Shown here: in pieces, positions 40,125 through 53,084 of the stretch | Numbering within the stretch: position 1 is the stretch's first letter | Layout of the letters: every line of letters starts with the position of its first letter | DNA from: Octopus vulgaris | Taxonomy: Eukaryota | Length of the DNA: 64,000 bases | Reading direction: 5' to 3' | Assembly (NCBI GenBank): GCA_951406725.2 | Contig: OX597830.1 | Location: 31,992,001-32,056,000 of the forward strand | Made by a program: the position numbers and the translations under genes | The notes under the pieces: generated by a model | Told to the model about the DNA's origin: nothing | The model's input: only the letters and a program-made list of their open reading frames with translations | Databases searched by the model: none

Positions 40125-40690
40125 ATATACATACATACACACATGCATACATATGTACGTACATACATACGTACTTACATACATGCGTATGTACATTCAT
40201 GCATGCATACATACATACATGCATCAATACATGCATACATACATACATACATGCATGCATACATACATACATACATACATACATACATGCGTACGTACAT
40301 TCATGCATGCATCAATACATGCATCAATACATGCATACATACATACATGCATGCATACATACATACATACATACATACATACATGCGTACGTACATTCAT
40401 GCATGCATGCATACATACATGCATCAATACATGCATACATACATACATACATGCATGCATACATACATACATACATGCATACGTACATTCATGCATGCAT
40501 GCATACATACATGCATCAATACATGCATACATACATACATACATGCATGCATACATACATACATACATACATACATGCATACGTACATTCATGCATGCAT
40601 GCATACATACATGCATCAATACATGCATGCATACATACATACATGCATACATACATACATGTATGCATACATACATACATACATACATAA
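40125..40690. repeat. (CATA/CATG)n with higher-order ~100 bp periodicity
   Basis: Landmark gtacattcatgcatgc at 40191, 40295, 40391, 40483, 40583. Confidence 0.85.
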
Positions 40691-40705
40691 AGACATATAT
40701 ACATA

Positions 40706-41987
40706 TTAGATTGTTCTGAAAATAATGGCTGCTCTAAGTGTTGTGTTTCGAAACACAATTTCATCATAGTATTTTAATTACATTTTAGATGAATTTCGAC
40801 ATACTTAATTATTGATGTATGCTCTTTAATAATTTTTTTATTTATTTCAGACAGAAGACATTCTCGAAGCATAGACCCCCTTAATTATGAACATGACAAA
40901 AAGGACCTTCACTTACTTTTCTTGCATGAGTTCAGACTTGGGCACAATGCTTCCCAAACTGCTGCCAATATCAACAGAGCATGGGGAGAGGGGTCCACAA
41001 GTGATCGCCCAGTACAAAGGTGTTTTCAGAAATTCTGTAGTGGTGATGAAAGCCTTGAAGATGAAGAAGGTAGAGGACGGTGATGCAGTTTTGACAATGA
41101 ACAATTGAAAGCAATTGTTGAACAAAACCTACGTGAAAGTGTCAGAGAAATGTCTCAGGTACTTGGTGTCGGTATTACAACGGTCTCACGTAATCTGCAG
41201 AAGATTGGTAAGGTGAAAAAGCTCGATAAATGGGTACCATATGAGCTCAATGAAAATCAAAAAGTTCAGTGTTTCGAAGTGTGCTCAATGCTCTTTCTGT
41301 GAAACACCAACGATCCTTTTCTTGACCGAATATTCACTTGTGATGAAAAGTGGATCCTTTATGATAACCATAAATGATCAGGTCAATGGTTTGATCCTGA
41401 TGGGTCCTCCAGACATTTCCCAAAGCCAAAGTTGCATTAACAAAAGATTATGGTGACTATCTGGTGGTCTGCAATTGGTGTTGTCCATTACAGCTTTCTG
41501 GAAACCAATCAGAGCATTACAGCAGAGGTTTTCTGCAATCAACTCACTGAAATGCATGCTCACTTGCATAAAATGAGACCTGCATTGGTGAATCGGCATG
41601 GCCCAATTCTGCTCCATGATAATGCAAAGCCACATGTTGCAAGAATGATGCTGTAGGAATTCACAGACTTTGGATACGAGACTTTACCACATCCTCCACA
41701 TTTTCCTGATCTTTCACCCACTAACTACCATTTTTAAAAGTATTTAAATGTTTTTAAGTGATAAAGCTTTCAGGTCCAAACCAGAGGTGGAATCAGCTTT
41801 GAAAGATTTCTTAGAATCAAAGCCAATAAGATTTTATCAACGAGGAATAAATAATCTTGTTGATCGATGGCAGAGATGCATAGATGTTTACGGCTCATAC
41901 TTTGACTAATCAAAACATTTCTATTGTTAATTTTTCCAGAATACAATTATGTTTCTGAAATCAGCCACTATTTTCGGAACAACCTAA
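40706..41987 (+). mobile_element. Full-length decayed mariner (cecropia/Hsmar1-like), ~1.28 kb
   Basis: TA-flanked TIRs ttagattgttctgaaaataatggctg / cagccactattttcggaacaacctaa; transposase with WVPYEL, TCDEKW, HDNAKPH, PDLSPTNYHF and several stops. Confidence 0.95.
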
Positions 41988-42168
41988 TACACACAGACAT
42001 ATATACATACATTCATATGCATAGACATGTATGGATGGTGCTTTTTACATGCCACCAGCACAGGGAGCCAGTCAGGTGGCACTGGCAACGACCCACACAT
42101 GAATAGTGAGTGGCAAAGTAAAATTCTGGTTATTATTCAAAAGAGTTGTACATTCAAAAGTGTTGTAC

Positions 42169-42585
42169 AGGCGAAGGAGTGGCTGTGTGGTAAGTAGCTT
42201 GCTAACCAACCACATGGTTCCGGGTTCAGTCCCACTGGGACATCTTGGGCAAGTGTCTTCTGCTATAGCCCCGGGCCGACCAATGCCTTGAGTGGATTTG
42301 GTAGACGGAAACTGAAAGAAGCCTGTTGTATATATGTATATATATATATATATGTATGTGTGTTTGTTTGTGTGTCTGTGTTTGTGCCCCTAGCATTGCT
42401 TGACAACCGATGCTCGTGTGTTTATGTCCCCGTTTACTTAGCGGTTCGGCAAAAGAGACCGATAGAATAAGTACTGGGCTTACAAAAAGAATAAGTCCCG
42501 GGGTCAAGTTGCTCGATTACAGGCGGTGCTCCAGCATGGCTGCAGCCAAATGACTGAAACAAGTAAAAGAGTAAAAGAGTAAAGG
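42169..42585 (+). mobile_element. SINE family A, well preserved
   Basis: Close match to 39189-39587. Confidence 0.95.
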
Positions 42586-43469
42586 GTATTCATTATACGC
42601 ACAGTCTTAATCGAACTTGATTACCAGCATTTCATATCTTTTGTCCTTTGTCTATCAAGGCAAACATCTACTACACTTTGTGACAATATCTTTAAATTTG
42701 TAATTAACGTGTTTGTACAGGTATTTTTACTCAGGGATGAGATTTTCAACATCTTAAGTGATTCAAGGTGACTAGAACCAAACCAATATGTAATGCAAGT
42801 TGTTCATGAGAGCAGAGGTTGTTGTTGTGTTATAACTATCACACAAGAGAGCTTTCTGATAAACCGTTTCCACATTACATTCCTCAACCAATGCCTCCTT
42901 CCTATTCCTTTATCCATGCTTCTGCAGCACCTACCCCTGTTCCTGTCTTAATCCTTCATCACATATGGTTCTCATAGACAACCACAGTAGCTTCTGTTTC
43001 ATTGTTTCTAGCTAGAGCAGTTTCGTTACACCAAAGCTGCAATAATAAACACTGAATCTGTTCTGTTTATTTATTGACTGCAGTGGTGGTGATGGTGACG
43101 ATGACGATGACAATGATGATGATGATGATGTTGATGATGACGACGACGACCATGACGATGATGATGACCATGCTGATGGTGGTGGTGGTGGTGAAGACTA
43201 TGAAAATGTTGATGATGATGTTGATGATTATGATGATGATGATGATGATTATGAAAATGAAGATGATGACGATGATAATGGCAACAATAACAATTGTGAC
43301 AGTGCTGGCATTGATGATGATTACGATGGTGGCTATAATGATGGCAATGATGATGATAACGACAATGATGATGATGATGATGATGATGATGATAACGACA
43401 ACAGCAACATTATTATTACTATCATCATCATCATTATTGTTATTATTATTATTATTATTATTACCATTA

Positions 43470-43730
43470 TTACTTCCACCTTAGCAAAGGTGGAGGTATT
43501 GTTTTCAGTCATGTTTGTTTGTCCATGGACAAGATATCTCAAGAACCACTGAATGGATTCAGATGAAACCTTCAGGGATGTTTGGCCTCATGACTGGCAT
43601 AAACTGATTAGACTTTGGGATTGTTCTGGTACTGGGCAAGGATCCTAAATTATTTTTCTGTTTTTTTTACTTACTTTTTGAGAGCGGTCAGGTTCATTTT
43701 TAGTATTTTTGTCAAGTTTATTTTTAGTAT
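43470..43730 (+). mobile_element. Helentron/DINE-1-like (HINE) element, 5' part
   Basis: Subterminal hairpin acttccacctt-agca-aaggtggaggt, short gtttgtttgt run, gatatctcaagaacc..tggattcagatgaaacc motif. Confidence 0.5.
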
Positions 43731-43732
43731 TT

Positions 43733-43925
43733 GCAAGCTGGTAGAATCCTTGGCACGTTGGGTGAAACGCTTAGCGGTATTTCGTCTGTCTTTACATTCT
43801 GAGTTCAAATTCCATGAAGGTCGACTTTGTCTTTCATCCTTTTGTGGTCAATAAATTAAGTACCTATTGCATCTAATCAACTGGCCCCCACCCCAAAAAT
43901 GTTGGGCCTTGTGCCTAGAGCAGAT
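43733..43925 (+). mobile_element. SINE family B
   Basis: aagctggtagaatc..gagttcaaattcc..gtcgactttgtctttcatcc..ggccttgtgcctag. Confidence 0.85.
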
Positions 43926-44045
43926 AAGATTATTATTATTATTATCATCATTATTATTATTATTACTATTATTATTATCATTATTATTATCATCACCACC
44001 ATCATCATCATCATCATTATTATTATCATCATTGTAGTTGTTGTA

Positions 44046-44255
44046 AGGGCAGCAAGCTGACAGAATCATTAGTACACTGGGTGATATGCTTAGTGGTATT
44101 TCATCCGCTGGTACTTTCTGAGTTCAAATTCCGCTGAGGTCGACTTTGCCGTTCATCCTTTCAGGGTCAATTAAACAAGTACCAGTTATGCACTGGGGTC
44201 CATGTAATTGACTTAATCCCTCCCCCCAAGCTGCCCCTGTGGCAAAAATTTGAAA
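44046..44255 (+). mobile_element. SINE family B
   Basis: gagttcaaattccgctgaggtcgactttgcc..aagtaccag..cactgggg. Confidence 0.85.
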
Positions 44256-44324
44256 TCATCATTATTATTATTGTTGTTGATGCTGTTGTTAAAACTACTA
44301 CTTGCTACATGAGTCAGTAGGGAC

Positions 44325-44590
44325 TCCCCAAAGAATCCCTCTCAACACATGGCTATGATGCTCTCCCACTACATCTGCTCATGATCAGAGATGTACATAT
44401 CGTCAGCCACTAAGGGACATGCTCAATTGGTTAAGGTCAAACAACTGACAAGCAAATCTGTGATATTGAGCAGAATATTTGCTGTAGCCCATCTTTTATA
44501 CCAAGACAAAACAATGTACATGATAACACTTCCAATCAGTTAAGATCAGAAGCCATGAGAGCCACTGTCTGGTACTGTATCAGGGCATTT
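44325..44590 (-). mobile_element. Family E, partial copy
   Basis: Matches 46045-46301; followed by ttattactact.. repeat. Confidence 0.85.
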
Positions 44591-44593
44591 TAT

Positions 44594-44677
<84 letters not shown>

Positions 44678-45219
44678 GACTACTACTAGCGATGAACTTT
44701 TATTGTTATATTACATAGCGGTTCCTCCTTCTGTAACCTCGCAACATATCCTATGTTCTCTCCTCATCTTAAATGTCAAAAACCAAGATTTTAGCTACTT
44801 TCTCACATTCTACTATATAACTTGACATGAATATTTTACAGAAGTAATCCCTACCTTTTCTCTTTTTTTTTTTTGTTTTTCTTTTTAAGTTATTTTCTAA
44901 AATTAAATTTGGCCTTCTGGAAATTGATAATTCTATGCATATTCTATCCCAAAACCAAGCAGAGAGTTTTTTTTTTTCTTCTTTTCTCTTCAGAATGGTT
45001 CCTTTATCTCTTCACATTTTAAATAATCACAACAAAATTCCTCTTTTTCTTTTCTCTTTTTTTTTCTTTCTTTTTTTTACTCTCAATCTTTCCGACTTTG
45101 TTGAAGCAATTGCAAGGACAATCGGTGCACATCGTTATAAGATTTAACCGAGACCTTTCTTCCATTCTGAATATTTTGCTATCAGACTATCAATAGTTTT
45201 CTCTTTCAGTTATTAGTAC

Positions 45220-45286
<67 letters not shown>

Positions 45287-45353
45287 ATTATTATTATCAT
45301 TATTATTATTATTATCATTATTATTTTTATTATTATTATTATTATCATCATCA

Positions 45354-45411
<58 letters not shown>

Positions 45412-45709
45412 GAATTTTTCTTCTTTCAATTCTGCTTCCATTTTTTGCTGAGTGTCTTCCTATAATAATAATTATTATTATTGTTGTTGTTGTTGTACCA
45501 TGTATACTTATCCTTTTTTTATTATCTATTTATTTTATCATTTCATTATATGTAAAACCCCACATTTTATGTCTGTTTTGTATTGTCCCCTTCATCTTTC
45601 GCCCTGGTGGCAAATAAATGAAATCATCATCGCCATCAACATCATCATTGTTATTTTACTATTATCATCATCATCATCATCATTATTATTATTATTATCA
45701 TTATTATTA

Positions 45710-45750
<41 letters not shown>

Positions 45751-45751
<1 letters not shown>

Positions 45752-46301
45752 GAGTGAGAGAGCAGTTCATGCCATCAAAATGACACTGGGGTAAAATATA
45801 CGAAGCCCAATATACCCATCATGACTACACATCTGATAAGGGTACACCAGGCACATGCATCACAACCATATGTGCGCGACATGGTGATCTCATATCAAGA
45901 TAAACAGCACATGACCTTGCAGGTGGGGCCCAGTTAGAATTTTCTTCAGGTTGAGTAGCCCATCCCGCTCAAACGGTCCCTGAATAAGGGTTGTTTAAGG
46001 ATGTTGAAAGAACCACCCATGTTTCCAGAGGTGAACTATTCAAACCCCAAAGAATCCCTCTCAACACATGGCTATGATGCTCCCCCACTACTTCTGCTCG
46101 TGATCAGAGATGCACATATCGTCAGCCACTAAGGGACATGCTCAACTGGTTAAGGTCAAACAACTGACAAGCAAATCTGTGGTATTGAGCAGAATATTTG
46201 CTGTAGCCCATCTTTTATACCAAGACAAAACAATGTACATGATAACACTTCCAATCAGTTAAGATCAGAAGCCATGAGAGCCACTGCCTGGTACTGCATC
46301 A
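45751..46301 (-). mobile_element. Family E, full copy inside a (TTA)n array
   Basis: Reverse complement of 4265-4798; (TTA)n on both sides. Confidence 0.85.
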
Positions 46302-46429
46302 TTTATTATTATTATTATTATTATTATCATTATTATTATTATTATTATCATTATTATTTATTATTATTATTATTATTATTACTATTATCATTAATATTAT
46401 TATTCATTATTATTATTATTATTATTATT

Positions 46430-47432
46430 CAGTAGTTTTATTTTTTATTTTTATAGCGTGCTTTCACTTCACTACCGAGCACAGCTCTGTGTGCCTTGGG
46501 TATGTGCTGTGATTTGTTGTGATGCTCTGATGGTTATTGTATGGAAAGTGTTCTGCGTAGGATGTGTGCAGTGCCCAGTAGTGCAATTTTCTGTATGTTA
46601 TATGTGTTTGTAAGTCCTGGTGTTTTTGTTATGTATTTGTCTGAATATTTTTTTATCATGCCTAATGCACCTACTATGATAGGAATTGTTTCTGTTTTCA
46701 GATTCCACATTCTAGTTACCTCTATTTCCAGGTCTTTGTATTTTGAGAGTTTCTCCATTTCTTTTAGAGACACGTTGTCATCTGCCGGTACTGATACATC
46801 AATTAGAAAGCATTTTTTTTTCTTCATGGTCTCTGACAACTATATCTGGTCTGTTGGCCTTAATTTCTCTATCTGTGTGTATCGGCATATCCCAGAGTAT
46901 GGTTGCTTTCTCGTTTTCTGTGACCTTTTCTGGTGTGTGCCTATACCATCTTTTTTCTGTTGTTATTCCATAATGTTGGCATAGCTTCCAATGTATGTAA
47001 GTTCCAACTCTGTCATGTCTGTGAATATATTCCTTCTTAGCCAGGACTGGGCAGCTAGAGATAATATGATTTATTGTTTCTTGTCCATCTCCACATATTC
47101 TGCAGTTACTTGTAATATTTCTTTTCATTACATGTTTTTGGTAATTTCTGGTGGGGAGGCTTTGGTCTTGTGCTGCAATTAAAAATCCCTCTGTTTCTGC
47201 TTTGAGTCCTGAGCTTCTCAACCATTGCTGGGATTTTTCTTTGTCTATTTCTTTTGCGTTTAGTTTAGTCCAGTATTTACCATGAAGGGGCTTTTCTTGC
47301 CATCGTTTTATCATGGTTCTTTGCTGTTCTATTTTTAGTTTGGATTTCATTTTTTTTATAGCTTTTGTTGTTTCTTCATCTTCTTCTTCTTCTTCATGTT
47401 TATTAGGTGGTATGATTTCTTGTTTGTATTTG

Positions 47433-47433
<1 letters not shown>
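46430..47433 (-). mobile_element. 5'-truncated R4/Dong-clade non-LTR retrotransposon (CCHC knuckle, restriction-like endonuclease, 3' UTR)
   Basis: CRICGDGQETINHIISSC, RHD, ILWD..IHTDREIKANRPDIVV, LIDVSVP, EKLSKY, GALG, QKIALLGTAHILR; one frameshift in a poly-A near 46815; flanked by (TAA)n. Confidence 0.92.
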
Positions 47434-47463
<30 letters not shown>

Positions 47464-47495
47464 CATTATTATTATTATTATCATTATTATTATTA

Positions 47496-47536
<41 letters not shown>

Positions 47537-47565
47537 CATTATTATTATTATTATTATCATTATTA

Positions 47566-47632
<67 letters not shown>

Positions 47633-47647
47633 CATTAATATTATTAT

Positions 47648-47702
<55 letters not shown>

Positions 47703-47984
47703 GTTCAAGCCTGCTTTGCACACACCTGGAAATGGTTTTTCTTTTATTTTCATTTTTTTTTTCTTTCTGAATTTCATCATCAAGGCTCCTTATTCAATTA
47801 TGTGGAACTGTTATGTCTTCGAGATGTTTTTAAAAAATTAGGTCATCCTGTTTCCATTGAAGAATATAAGGGTGGGGAATCCGCTCTCTGTGCACCAAAG
47901 CTAAATATGTCTGGCGTGAAGATGCGTCTTCATCTTTTGTTGCCCTTTATCATTATTTTTTTTATTTGTGTCAGTTATTCGGTT

Positions 47985-48160
47985 TTTGGCCATACAGGAG
48001 CACTACCTTGAATGGTTTTAGTCAAACATTTGGCCATGCTGGAGCACTGCCTTGAATGCTTTTAGTCAAACATTTGGCCATGCCGGAGCACTGCCTTGAA
48101 TGGTTTTAGTCAAACATTTGGCCACACTGGAGCACTGCCTTGAATGATTTTAGTCAAACA
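47985..48160. repeat. 4 x 44 bp tandem array derived from the SINE A 3' region
   Basis: Units start at 47985, 48029, 48073, 48117: tttggccatgctggagcactgccttgaatggttttagtcaaaca. Confidence 0.92.
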
Positions 48161-48571
48161 AATAGATTCCCCCACCCACCACCGATACGTACATTTTAAG
48201 TCTGGTGCTTATTCTGTTGGTTGCTGTTTGCCAAACTTCTAGGTTATTAGGATGTGGTAAAGCTGACACAGATTGTCAAATGGTGGTGCGGGGGACAAAA
48301 AGTGACACAAACACACACACACACACAAATTCACATGCACACACACACACACAAATTCACAGACATGTACATACAAATACAGACACATACACACACACAC
48401 AAACACAAAGGTTCGAAGTTTCTAAGGTTGTGTATGTGTGCGTGTGTGTTAATGTATATGTGTGTGTGTTAATGTATGTGTGTGTTAATATGTGTGTGTG
48501 TGAGTCTGTGTTTGTGTGAGTCTGTGTGTGTGTGTGTGAGTTTCTCTGTGTGTGTGTGTGTGAGTGTGTGC

Positions 48572-48880
48572 ATGTGGCTTAGTGGTTAGGGCATTCAGTT
48601 CATGATTGTAAGGCCATGAGTTTGATTACTGGTGGTGCATTGTGTCCTTGAGCAAGACACTTTATTTCACATGGCTCCAGTCCACTCAGCTGGCAAAAAA
48701 GATTTGCACTTGTAATTCAAAAGGCCAGCCAAGTCACATTCTATGCCACATTGAATCTCCCTAAGAACTACATTAAGGGTACACATGTTTGTGGAGTACT
48801 CAGCCACCAGCACATAAATGTTATGAGCTGGCTGTTTCATTGAAAGGATCAACTAGAACACTCACCATCGCAACTGAGAG
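48572..48880 (+). mobile_element. SINE family C with an alternative tail
   Basis: tggcttagtggttaggg, gtgtccttgagcaagacactttatttcac, ctccagtccactcagctggcaaaaa. Confidence 0.8.
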
Positions 48881-49232
48881 AATGCAAATGTTTGTTAATG
48901 TTTGTATACAAATATGTGACAGAGACAGATAATCTGGAAGATGGTAGCTATTACCAATATGTTTGACTCAGATGGGACAAAAGGTAATCAACACGGCTGA
49001 TTAGCTTTATCAGAGCTAATCAAGGGCTGATTAGCTTTATTAGAGCTAATCAAGGGCTGATGAGCTCTGTCAATTAACTCTAACCAACTGGGTAAGTCTA
49101 TCAGAAAATTTGAGAAGAAGGGGTCGTGTTGTGGTAGGAAGATGCAACGAATGGTGTTTTGATTAGGAAAATATTAGACAATCTGATTAAGCACAAAGGT
49201 GGTACATTACTCAATAATAAAGGATGACTTTT

Positions 49233-49665
49233 GACCCAGCCACATGGTTCTGGGTTCAATCCTACTGTGTAACACCTTGGGCAAGTGTCTTCTGCTATAG
49301 CCTCATGATGACCAAAGCTTTGTGAATGGATTTGGTAGATGGAAACTGAAAGAAGCTTGCCATATATATATAAATGTATGTATGTGTGTGTGTGTGCATG
49401 TGTGTGTGTGTGCATGTGTGCGTGCATGCATGTGTGTGTGTGTGTGTGTGTGCATATATATATATACTAAGTAATTAGGATTCAGCAATTCAATAGGGTT
49501 CAATATATATATATGTATGTAGGTATGGGTGTGTGGTTAGGAAGTTTGCTTCCAAGCCACATGGTTTTGGGTTCAATCCCACTGCATGACACCTTTGGCA
49601 TGTGTCTTCTACTATAACCTCAGGCTGACCGAAACCTTGTGATTTGATTTGATAGGTGGAAGTTA
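49233..49665 (+). mobile_element. Two SINE family A 5' halves
   Basis: ccacatggttctgggttcaatcc.. at ~49240 and ~49557. Confidence 0.8.
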
Positions 49666-50609
49666 CCATTGAGTGCATACATGTGCATACATGCTTGTGC
49701 CTTCTAACAAAAGAAGTCAAGAGCTATTGCAGAGTAAGCATGCCATTTAGAGTTAGTATAGATTTGTTGTTGCTATTTTTAACCCTACGTCTGATCTGAT
49801 CCCAGTCTACATAAATATAACAACTGATTGGAAGAGGATTCCAGAAAATACTGCTGAAAGTACTCTCAGCCCCTTAATACTTTTGTGGTTGACACTTGCA
49901 AGTCGTTTTGCTAGCATCTGAATGTTTTAGTTGCTAATGTTCTAAAGTTTTTGTTGCTAATAAACACGGAGGCTTGTGGTTAATGACTGACTGTGTATTG
50001 CTAAATCCTGAAAGATATTTTTGCTAAAGACTGGATTTTTTTTTTCTTCTAACATCTGAAAGTTTTGTTGCTAACATTTGCATGATTCTGTAGCTAATGT
50101 TCTGAAAGTCTTTGTTGCTAATGTTTGGGACATTTTCTATCCATTGCTGAAAATTCATTGTTGCTAACTGGTATAGGTTTTTGCAACTATCGTCTAATTG
50201 AGGGGGTGAGAGAAAGAGAGAGGGAGAGAGGGGTTGATGAGAAGATGAAGGATAGGGAGAGATCTGTTCCATGTAAAGACAAACACATTTTTCTAAAATC
50301 TGAAAGTTTTGTAGCTAATGTTATGAAAGTCCTTGTTGCTAATAAGTGACATAGCTAACAGGGAAGCAAGAGGAGAAAACGTCCCCCCCCCCACCCGTGC
50401 AGGTTTTTCAAAATCGGTACCTTCTCAACAATTCTTTTTAACTCTTTAGTTCACTTGTGTTTTAAAAGCTGAATCTGTTTTTGTTTTTTTGTTTTTTTAT
50501 TTTGTTAACTGCACATTTTTGGAAGAACTTTCTGGAATCATTTCTTTATCCGACCAACCTCCCGTGCTTTTGAACTGTCTGCTCAATCTCCTATGCTTAT
50601 TATAAAAGG

Positions 50610-50957
50610 ATAAAGGGTAAAGACCCCCTTCAGTCATGAATGACCATGGGATTACACATAGAAAGTTACCCCTGTCGGAACACAAGCCTGGGCAAGGTTG
50701 TTTATAGAAAACCAGCCATTACCCATACATGAACCACCCCTCTCCATGCTACCGATGTTATCCAAGAGAAAGACAAAGGCCTATAGATTTTGGGGCACCA
50801 GTAATGTCACAACTCATTTCTAAAGATGTGTGAAATGGAGCAATATGAAATAAAGTGTCTTGCTCAAGAACACAACACACAACCTGGTCTAGGAATCGAA
50901 CTCACTACCTCATGATCGTGAGCCCAGAGCTCTTACCACTGAACCATGCACCTTCAC
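50610..50957 (-). mobile_element. SINE family C head with a third tail type
   Basis: aaataaagtgtcttgctcaagaacacaac..ggaatcgaactc..ctcttaccactgaaccatgc. Confidence 0.7.
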
Positions 50958-51365
50958 AATTAATGAGATATTTTGTGTAATATATGAGAAATGAGTTCAA
51001 AATTATTTTATATGTGTCACAGCATTTTTTTTTCTTTACGTGATTGTTCCTTCTATCTTTAGAACCTAGTTACACCTCTGTTGCTAATGACTGGAAGATT
51101 TTTGTACCTAATACCTAGTAGTCGTTGTTGCAAACTGCTGGAAGTTTTTGCAACTATTGTTTATGTGAGAGAGAAATGAGAAGATAAAGAGCAACAAGAG
51201 TGTGTGTTCTATGTAATGGCAAATGCTCCATCTAAGAAGGAAAAACAAGGAACGCAGAGTGTAATTTGGACAAACAAGATTTGAGATTCGTATCACGCAG
51301 CTATATACTTCATATCATTCTCTTCCTTTTTCTCTCTCCCTTATTCCACACACACATACACAGAC

Positions 51366-51398
<33 letters not shown>

Positions 51399-51591
51399 CA
51401 TATAGAAATTCTCATGCAATGTGTTTTCTCCATGAAATTTACAAGATGGGTAAGGTAAGGGTGTAAAAGGGTGGAGGAGTAAGTATCACAATTTCAATGG
51501 TGCCAAAGGTTTGCTCCTGTGGGTGTGTAAATGTGTACACGTACACTCATATGTACATACATACATACATACATACATACATGCATGCATG

Positions 51592-51679
<88 letters not shown>

Positions 51680-51796
51680 CATACATATATATATATATAT
51701 ATATGAATACATACACACACGTACATATATATATATATATAGAGAGAGAGAGAAAGAGATAAAGATAGAGATGTTTATCTAAATAACTATCTATCA

Positions 51797-51828
<32 letters not shown>

Positions 51829-52017
51829 GTATGTATATATGTGTGTACATGTGTATACATGTATGTCTCTCCCTCTGTTTCTTTCTCTCTCACTCTCTCT
51901 GTCGCTCTCTCTCTCTCACTCTCTCTGTCGCTTACTCTCTCTCTTTCTCTCTCACTATATATATATATATATCCTTACATACACATATATGAATACATAT
52001 GTATGTGTGAGATAAGG

Positions 52018-52075
<58 letters not shown>

Positions 52076-52180
52076 AGATGAAGAAGAAAAGAAAGATTGG
52101 ACTGAGTGTGAAAAATACAAAAGAGAAAGTAAGATACGAAAAGGAAGTGAAAACGAAGAACAGCAAAAAGTAAGACAAAT

Positions 52181-52225
<45 letters not shown>

Positions 52226-53084
52226 AAGAGAGAGAAAGAGAGAGAGATGTCAGTGGTTGATGTTACTAAGTAAACAATATAACAACTGTGTGGAAGTGGA
52301 TCCCAGGAGGGGCTGTCGGGGTCTCTTGGCCCATTAACACTTAGAATAAACAGCTCCCTTACTTAAAGAAGGTCAGCTATATAGATCAGGCTCAGAATAT
52401 CTCATAGGACACCAGTCCCTTATTCAATATATGTGTGTGCGTGTATGTTACATATGTATACATGTATTAATGAATAGGTGTATATATATATATGTATGTA
52501 TGTATATATGGATGTATGCATATGTAATAATGTATGTACATACACGTGTGTGTGTGTGTGTGTGAGCTGTTTCGTCTTCAGCCCCTACTTTTTGCTGTTT
52601 GAATTGAAATGCTTCTGGATAAAGGATGTGGGTGGGAGGGTATTATAGGGGTGTTTGATTACAGTTTCTTTTGGTGTGTAGGGATGGGTGGTCGGAGGGT
52701 GAGGATAGGTACTGGCTTTTCAGGGATTTCGCATCTTCACCCTCTCTCTCTCTCTCGCTCTCTCTCTCCCTCTACTTCCTATCTTTCTCTCTCTTCCAAA
52801 CTTCTTACAAGATGAGGGCACGAAGGAGAGGTTGTCAACACAAGGAGACCACACACAAGCATACACGTATACACACTGAGACACTGAGAGTATACATGCG
52901 CACATATGCATATGTAGACATACATACATGCATACATACATACATACATACACATACACACATGTATGCATGCATATATATATATACATATAAGTTTATA
53001 TTATATATATGTATGTATATACATGTATATATGCACATATATATATAAACACACTCTCACATATAAATATTCATATATATATAA

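Noticed and set aside
41700-41735. SPTNYHF (D-to-N), as in domesticated SETMAR
   Set aside because: The copy has multiple stops, so a single decay transition is the simpler explanation.
47985-48160. CRISPR-like appearance of regular arrays (also 25996-26182 and 12829-13057)
   Set aside because: No unique spacers, no cas genes, eukaryotic context; the first two arrays derive from short interspersed elements.
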